A stretch of DNA of 64,000 nt from Chrysomallon squamiferum (taxonomy: Eukaryota > Animalia > Mollusca), in NCBI GenBank assembly GCA_012295275.1, contig CM022669.1:12400001-12464000 (forward strand), in the 5' to 3' direction. Under the pieces are notes generated by a model. That model did not search any database, was not told where the DNA came from, and worked only from the letters and a program-made list of their open reading frames with translations. A program made the position numbers and the translations under genes. Within the stretch, counting starts at the first letter, position 1; every line of letters starts with the position of its first letter. Shown piece after piece: positions 56,501 through 64,000 of this stretch.

Positions 56501-56821
56501 TAACATTTTGACAGGTATTTGATTATTGTTAGCTGGAAAAAATTTTTTTACTAAATAATTAAATAAATAAAAAATAAAATAATATAAAATAAGATAATAA
56601 TTAAAAAATTAACAAATTATGATTTCACTAGGTGTTTTTTTTTTGTGTTTTTTTAAACACATTCATACGTAAGTGCAGTGACCCAAACACACTTACACAC
56701 ATTCGTACTCAAAACACACATACACACACGCACGCACGCACAAATTAGTTGATCAGCTTTCATCAGTTCGTTGCTCGTTTCTCGTCACCAGAATACTTCT
56801 AGCTGTTGACAGTGTGTTTTC

Positions 56822-57014
56822 TTATAACTGCTCAGAGAAAGCTTCGTTAACATATCCACCGGTATCGTTCTTTTTCATTTCTAAGTCGATTTGTTTGACG
56901 GTATAACGGACAGGCCAATGCAAACTAACCAGAAAATAGTAGGCAAATGATCCAACTATAGCGCCAATGTGTGGACCAATAACAGGTACCCAGAACCAGT
57001 TGTAGTTCCTGAAA
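56822..57014 (-). CDS. Aquaglyceroporin last coding exon ([21 protein letters not shown]...[12 protein letters not shown])
   Basis: Acceptor CATCAG|T, with an alternative in-frame AG 6 nt downstream. Stop TAA at 56824-56822. Confidence 0.92.
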
Positions 57015-57220
57015 CTGATGTGAAATAGTATTGGTGGTAGTGGTGGTAGTGATAGTAGAAGCATTAGCAGCAGCATCAGCAGCAACAGTAGTAGTTTCTG
57101 TAGTAGTAACAGCAGAAGAAGCAGCAGTTGCAATACTAATATATGAGCAGTGTAGAATATAGTACTGTAATTGTTAACAGTGGTTTGGAAACTTCCACTC
57201 CACTCATCCAACTAACGGTG

Positions 57221-57317
<97 letters not shown>

Positions 57318-57671
57318 ACACAGACATAATGTACAAGTTATTAAACATTCTTCTGCATGTTTATATGCAAAAACAACCACAACCACAACAACAACAATAC
57401 AATTTGGCTTTTTTATATTTTAAATCACTGATCTAAACTTAATCGTACCTGAACGGTTCGTCTCCCCAACCAGCCAGAAACGTGAAGAATCGTGGAGCCA
57501 AGTCGCGAGCAGGGTTGATGGCGTAGCCGCAGTTGTAACCGAAAGACATGCCGATGGCGACGACAGAAAGGCCGATGCTTATAGGAGCTAAATAGGCCGG
57601 AATTTCCGTACTGTGTTTATCCGTCACAGCCAGTATACATATTAGTAAAATAGCCGTACCAATAACCTGCC

Positions 57672-57743
<72 letters not shown>

Positions 57744-58549
57744 TAGTAGTAGTAGAAGTAGTTGTAATAATAATAATAGTAATAATAATAATAATAATAA
57801 TAAAATCAGAAGAAGAAGAACAAAAGTTAATAATAATAATAATAATAAAATCAGAAGAAGAACAACAAAAGTTAATAATAATAATAATAATAATAAAAAT
57901 AATAATTTACCTGTCTTTTTGTCTCTGAACCTACCTACCCATCAATCTACGAATGTTTGATTTAAAAATGCTTTACAAAGAACAATAATTCCAGGATAAA
58001 TATCTCTCCTGTTAAACTGACAAATGACACAAATAATATAATAATGTTTTTTTTTGTTTGTTTTTAACCTGGTCACCAAATGCATTCCAGGTGGATACGT
58101 GAGGTTGTGGATACGTGGACCAAATTTTAGCTGTTGCATTAACACCCACTACGTTTCTGCTACCACCATCGAAATTATAAAGTGCGTCTATAAAATAAAA
58201 CAAACAAACAAACAAATAATATATATTCGCAACAAGTAAATATTAATAATATTATATATGTATATAATATAATAAATCATTAGCTAAGCTTCTCTCTGAT
58301 TTTTAATATAGGAAAAGGAGTGAGATTTTAAAAATTATATCAGTAGTATTCAGTGACAGATGTGATTTGTATAAATAATTTCAAAGGAACTAGTTGGATG
58401 TTTTCAATACTCTAGTAACAGAGCTTTGGTTGGAATGGGAGATGAATTACGAGGACTGAATTATAGGGAATGAGAGCGTGTAAGAGATACATCCAGTGAG
58501 AAATAGACACTGAGATATCAAGATATAGTAAAACTTTAATTAAAACAGA

Positions 58550-58628
<79 letters not shown>

Positions 58629-58803
58629 ATTCAGTGAGTAAGTAAACAAGTTATTGGTAAAGTTACCCATATAATTTACGTAAACGCAGAAGGAAGCGAC
58701 GAAACAGCCCAAGTATTGAGCTAAGATGTACATCGGAACTTTACGCCATGAGAAACGACCGAAACAAGCGTGGGCGACGGTTACCGCAGGGTTTATGTGG
58801 CCA

Positions 58804-58875
<72 letters not shown>

Positions 58876-60807
58876 TAATAATAATAATGACAACAACAAC
58901 AACTGAAAACAACAATGACGATAATAATGATCATGATGATGCTGATTATATTAATGATGGTGGAAATAATAAATAGTAATGACGACGACGATGATGACAA
59001 CAACAACAACAACAAAACTACTACGACTACTACTACTACTAACAATAACAACAACAACAACAACAACAACAACAATAGTAATATTAATAACAATAATGAA
59101 ATATCCCACAGTCAGTTAAAGTAATGAAACATTATAAATACAAAACAAAATACTACCACTACTACTAACAAAAACAGAATAAATTTAAATTTATTTTAAA
59201 ACAAATAATATTGTCTGAGAATGAAATAATAACCTGAAACTTCTCCCGAGACGTAGACACCAAACGTTACTCCAAGTCCCCAAGCCCAGTTCACTGACAA
59301 TATGGAGCCGGCTTCTCCTCTGCTTAAAACGAACTGAGCCGAGGATCCCATTCCAAACATCTGTTTCAAAAATTGAACAGACACCAGTTATAAATAAATA
59401 ATTAATATATATTACTAGAGATGGGCATGGTGAAATAGACGCCAGAAATGTTATTGAAAATTCCAGATTTTAAGACAGCCAAATTTTAAACCTACTTAAT
59501 GTTTTTTTTGTGTGGAATTTTTTTTTTTTTTTTTATTTTTTTATTTTTTTTTATGGTTATTTATATTAAATATATACATATATTGCAAAAACGTGTAAAA
59601 ACGTCAAAATTTAAAAGAATATTAATTTATTTTGGGGTTAATTATTTAGACGTACTTCAGGTGTTCTTTAAAATGACAACGTCATCAGTACCTTTTTTTA
59701 CAACAACAACAACAGTAATAATAGTAGTAGAAGTACTAGTAACGATACAATTAAGGAAGAAAATATCGGTAAGATATAATAATAATCAAGCAATTTATCA
59801 TTTAAAATAAAACAAACCGATGCGCTCAAATTCGCTTGCATAATTGTATTTTATTTGTCTGAATACAGCTTCATGATTACAATCAGTTTTCTAATCTAAT
59901 TATTTTCTAAACATTCTAATGTTAACATTACTGGTGTAACGAAAGCAGTATAAATAAAAAATAAAGAATTGGTCACGAAACAAATTTAACTGATATTTGT
60001 ATTCTAGGCACGAATAGATCGTGAAACTATCTATTCTAATTTTACTTTTAAACATACACACTGATATTGACAAACAGACTTCCATTTAGAGGTACAAAAA
60101 CAAAATACATTTTGAATATTTGAAATTTGTGCTTTTTAATTGATTCTAGAGACAAATATAAGATCAGTATAGTAACATGATTTTGAATTTGTACGAAGGA
60201 CAACATTTTGAGTCTTTTTCCTGATGTCATTTATAATATTAAAAATCAAAAAACATATCAAAAGATATTTTAATTTTGCAGTTTACTTTGTATATATGAT
60301 TTATATATTTTTATTATTTTGTTTAAATATCATTTCCTAGATCGAAATTATGTTACAACATACTGGAGTAATAATGACGACGACAGCAACAAGAACAACA
60401 GCAATAATAATACTAATAAAGCTTACTTTATTACTAACAAAAATTGGTCCCCAGTTACTAAAAGAAGAATCATTTGAAAGTATATCAACTATACCTTTTT
60501 TGACGTCAGTATTTTAATTCCCCCCCCCTCTCTCTCTCTCTCAAGACTTATAAATAGTCGTTGTAGCAGTATAATAAATAATAATAATACCACCTAACAT
60601 TTTATCATCACCAATGCAGTGACAAGATAATGATAATTATATAATGTTAGAGATTAACAGTAATAAATAAATTAACACATATACAATATATGTATATATA
60701 TATATATATCTTATGTGCCTCACCAGCAACATGAAACATCCAAAAAATTCACCCAGCATTTCCCTCCATAACGGACACCTCTGAATTGCACATACCTTGC
60801 AGTTCAT
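56822..60807 (-). CDS. Aquaglyceroporin (AQP3/7/9/10 family), 6 coding exons, 292 aa: join(60724-60807, 59234-59360, 58667-58804, 58069-58187, 57449-57666, 56822-57014)
   Basis: The spliced product has [18 protein letters not shown] (NPA1), [21 protein letters not shown] (NPA2 followed by the glyceroporin-diagnostic Asp) and WFWVPVIGP. All introns are GT-AG with compatible phases 0,1,1,0,2. Orthology to one particular vertebrate paralog cannot be assigned. Confidence 0.95.
57449..57666 (-). CDS. Aquaglyceroporin exon 5 with NPA2 ([16 protein letters not shown]...[26 protein letters not shown])
   Basis: Acceptor GGCAG|GTT, donor CAG|GTACGA, 218 nt. Confidence 0.95.
58069..58187 (-). CDS. Aquaglyceroporin exon 4 ([40 protein letters not shown])
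   Basis: Acceptor TTATAG|AC, donor CAG|GTTAAA, 119 nt. Encodes the glyceroporin loop C with an N-A-T sequon. Confidence 0.93.
58667..58804 (-). CDS. Aquaglyceroporin exon 3 with NPA1 ([46 protein letters not shown])
   Basis: Acceptor TTCAG|GT, donor TGG|GTAACT, 138 nt. Confidence 0.95.
58808..59100. repeat. Compound trinucleotide microsatellite filling aquaporin intron 2 up to the 3' splice site
   Basis: (AAT)n, (GAT)n, (GAC)n, (AAC)n and (ACT)n blocks. Confidence 0.95.
59234..59360 (-). CDS. Aquaglyceroporin exon 2 ([42 protein letters not shown])
   Basis: Acceptor ACAG|ATG, donor CAG|GTTATT, 127 nt. Confidence 0.92.
60724..60807 (-). CDS. Aquaglyceroporin coding exon 1 ([28 protein letters not shown])
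   Basis: ATG at 60807; TM1 motif E-F-x-G; donor CTG|GTGAGG, phase 0. An upstream UTR exon cannot be excluded. Confidence 0.85.
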
Positions 60808-61072
60808 CGTGCCAAATGAACGAGATAACACGAACTATCTGCCACTAAGCCTGTCCCAGAAAATTTTTTCAATTTTCGTATCAATAGCGTAGCATGTATT
60901 TTTAGTCGTATATTATGATAATCTGCTTTGTTTACATACTGTCAATGTTGGTATCATGAGGTATTAGATAACATATATCGTATATCATATAGGTTTGTAG
61001 GCAAAAACAGTAGCTGGAGAGTAAAGTATTATTCATGATCACATACAAAGCAAATATTAGAAGTTCAGAGAG

Positions 61073-61156
<84 letters not shown>

Positions 61157-62115
61157 GAGGAGAAAAGTAGTAATAGAGACCTAGGGATACAGAGGAAAAA
61201 GATATAGTAATTTCAAACATGAAAAAGAGATAAAAGAACATATTATTGTCATGTTTACTCTGTAGTTCTTAGATAAACTTGAAATATTAGGCTGTTGAAT
61301 GTAATGTAGGCATATACAGCCTATGAAAAAAAGTTTAAAGCAAACAAAATAAACATAACATTGAGACACCCGAGAAGGGCATTTTTTATGACATATAAAG
61401 CAAAGGAAGAAGCAAGAGAAAAATATGTTTTGATTTCGACTTTAATCAAGGCTACAAAATAATGAATATGATTAAATTTTGTTACATATACAAACTGTGA
61501 TAAGAATTTGCACTTTATTAGTGTTACAAGTATAGTTTACTTTCTCAGGCTAAATATTTTTCTTTCTTTTACTGTGCTTATATCCTTCATATGCTGTAAA
61601 TGGTGTCCTTGACAGTCATGATTTCATTAACATGCTTCAAGTAACATCTTAGGTTATAACAGAAATTGCATATTCCATGTGACAATACTATTTTAATCCT
61701 ACTATCAATCAGTATATGAATATTTATATAATGTATATATTTTTAAAACTATTTTTGTTTAAAAATGTAACACAAAACAGAACACAAAAATATAAATATA
61801 TAAATTTATTATCATAAACGTCTAATAATTATTTTAGTATTTTAAGGATATTGAGGGTCACATGTTTATAATTGTTTCTAACCTCAGCTGATATTGCATC
61901 TGATCTGAAAAATATTCTTAGTCCAATACCAGTTTTATAACCAGTGTTGAATTATTATCATTGCAGCAATAATCTGTCTGCTCTTACAGCAGTATTTTAT
62001 TTTATCAAAACATTTTCTCTAAATTTATCTGACATTATTCGTATCAGCTTTCCCATGTTAAAATAATTATTCTTGAATAACACTGGTTCTGTCTGTGTTC
62101 AGTCATGCATAATGT

Positions 62116-62965
62116 TCAAGGAATTTTGTACAAGAATTCACCATTATCATCAAAGACCACTCTACCCTTTTCAGAATTTGCTTCACTTCCAAATTGTTTT
62201 GACAAATTTGACTCTTTATGTTTCTTATTTTCATATTTAGATTGTGAAATGGCTTTTTTGTTCTTTGATTCTACGCCTTCCCCATCTATATGTTCAGAAT
62301 ACTTATCAGTTGAAACATCATTTAGATCATATCTTGACATCTTTGTTCTGCTAAAACCTTTAAAATTATCTGTCTTTTTAATAATACTTTTAACTTTTGA
62401 CCGACTAAATTCTTGTTTTGCTTTACAAGACAAACTTTTCACTTTCTTTTTGGAAATTCCTTGTTGAACAACATTTCGTAAAATATCTTCAGTTATTATT
62501 TCAGGAGATACCCTTTTACTGGTACAGTCTTTCACTATGGACTCAAATATTCCAGTATTTGAGGATTTCACTACAGGCAGTGCAGACTGTTTCTCATCTC
62601 CCGGAGTTAAGTAAGCCAGATTGCTTTTTATCTTACTCATGTAATCTCTCACAGCAATTTCTTTATCACCCGCTAGAGTTGATTTCAGTGCAAGCAAGTG
62701 CTTCCAGGCACGCTTGTCGTGTTTAATAATTTCCAGTTCATTCTTTGGCTGGTATTTTGATTTCAGGATTCTTATTATGCTGTTTTTCGAAACAGGAAAA
62801 CTCTCTGCTAGCTTCTCCACTGTCCATTCATCAGGGTTTTCACGGTTCAGTGAACGAATTTGTTCTTTGGTGTTCCATGTTAAAATGTTGGGTTCTGGAT
62901 GTTCTTTGAAATATTTCTTTTCCAGTATCTTCTTTTTGATGAATATCTGCTGTGCAATTGTCTTT
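62116..62965 (-). CDS. NGRN: Neugrin large terminal exon (850 nt)
   Basis: Acceptor TTATCATTACAG|A. The frame is open from KTIAQQIFIKKKILEKKYFKEHPEPNILTW to TGA at 62118-62116, the same frame as ORF 62116..62820. Confidence 0.92.
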
Positions 62966-63175
62966 CTGTAATGATAAAAAAAACCATCAATAAGTGAATT
63001 AGATTTGTTTTGTTATCTATGAAAGAAGAAAAAAAATAACATCCTTTCAAAATTGTGTATTTCATGATCCCACTATATATTTTTATGTATGTGTTTGTGT
63101 GACAATAGTAATTCAAGTAAAGAGGATAAATAATTTAAACTAACTAGTCACTTAAAAAATAATTTAAAAACATTA

Positions 63176-63207
<32 letters not shown>

Positions 63208-63630
63208 TATTATAAAACAGTTAATTAAAAAATATATATATATAATATATAAACAGTTATTGAATCTGAAATTGTAAGGCACAGATGACTGACTGATCAG
63301 TATACACCTACAGCAGTACAACGCCCTGAAAGACATATTATTAATATTTACTTTTGATGTTGTTCAAAACGTTCCTCTTCGTCTACGTTTAGTTCTGTTT
63401 CAATCTTTTCTAAATCGTCGTCAAACTGTTTCATCTAAAATGTCGAACTGCCTCTGTCGTCTTGGTGATTCTAGTTGTTCTGAAATTATTGGTAACATAT
63501 GTCTTCGCGGCCTCCTCACATTTCTGACAGCCACCAGACATCCAAGAATACAATATTTAGTCGTGTCAAAACTTTGTCTTGTCAATGAATGCAGCACTTT
63601 TGCAGGAATTACTCCGAAAGTCCTGATCAT
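62116..63630 (-). CDS. NGRN: Neugrin (mitochondrial ribosome assembly/16S rRNA module factor); the 5' part has an unresolved +1 frame change at about 63421-63434
   Basis: The last exon encodes LTWNTKEQIRSLNRENPDEWTVEKLAESFPVSKNSIIRILKSKY (neugrin domain) and ends VVFDDNGEFLYKIP*, like the conserved neugrin C-terminus. ATG 63630 (AAAC-ATG) begins an Arg-rich, acid-poor presequence-like segment. Segment 63352-63434 (MKQFDDDLEKIETELNVDEEERFEQHQ) splices in phase 2 (AA|GTAAAT...TACAG|A) to 62965. Confidence 0.88.
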
Positions 63631-64000
63631 GTTTATTTATGATTTTAATTTGAAAAAGTTATTCGATTTATGGAATTATTAATTATTATTAAGATGTGAT
63701 AGATCTATTAATGTCTTCTGCTTTGGATGACATCTATTACAGCTGCTCTAAAGAATAGTAAATTATAAATCTAATAATAAAAACATGCTGCTCCTGCTTT
63801 CTGTTTACAGAAAGAAGTAATGATTGTACTAAAGTGCATAACACAATATATCAAGTCACACTAGAAGAACGGAGTATTTTCAACCGAACCATGTACTGAT
63901 GAATATACACAACTAAATTTTTATAGTCTTATAATTTCTTTAAATTAATTAGTTAACAATAAAATCAATAAAGTTAGTCAACGCCTATATTAATTTGGTA

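Noticed and set aside
58805-59093. N-terminal poly-L/V/Y extension of aquaporin exon 3
   Set aside because: Intronic repeat; the real exon begins at the AG acceptor before 58804 and joins exon 2 in phase.

Overview
AT-rich, microsatellite-dense animal genomic DNA. A mollusc, probably a gastropod, is my inference from protein style and one SINE-like element. Three protein-coding genes are supported. (1) An intronless FoxB forkhead gene (+, 10145-11110, 321 aa, with an eh1 motif). (2) A six-exon aquaglyceroporin of the AQP3/7/9/10 type (-, 56822-60807, 292 aa, two NPA boxes, GT-AG sites traced for every intron). (3) Neugrin/NGRN (-, 62116-63630), whose 5' coding part changes frame by +1 inside a 14-nt window ending in GTT-TGA-C. 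About 45 kb between FoxB and the aquaporin, plus about 10 kb upstream of FoxB, has no recognisable gene. It alternates simple repeats with many 0.2-1.3 kb CpG-rich complex islands that look like a developmental regulatory landscape, including a convergent pair of CTCF-like motifs around FoxB. Nearly all other ORFs in the track are microsatellite artefacts. I found no convincing novel multi-gene system. The best leads are the NGRN frame break, the CTCF-like pair and island landscape, possible ancient FoxB-AQP-NGRN linkage, and some exon-like units that may belong to an unannotated spliced RNA.
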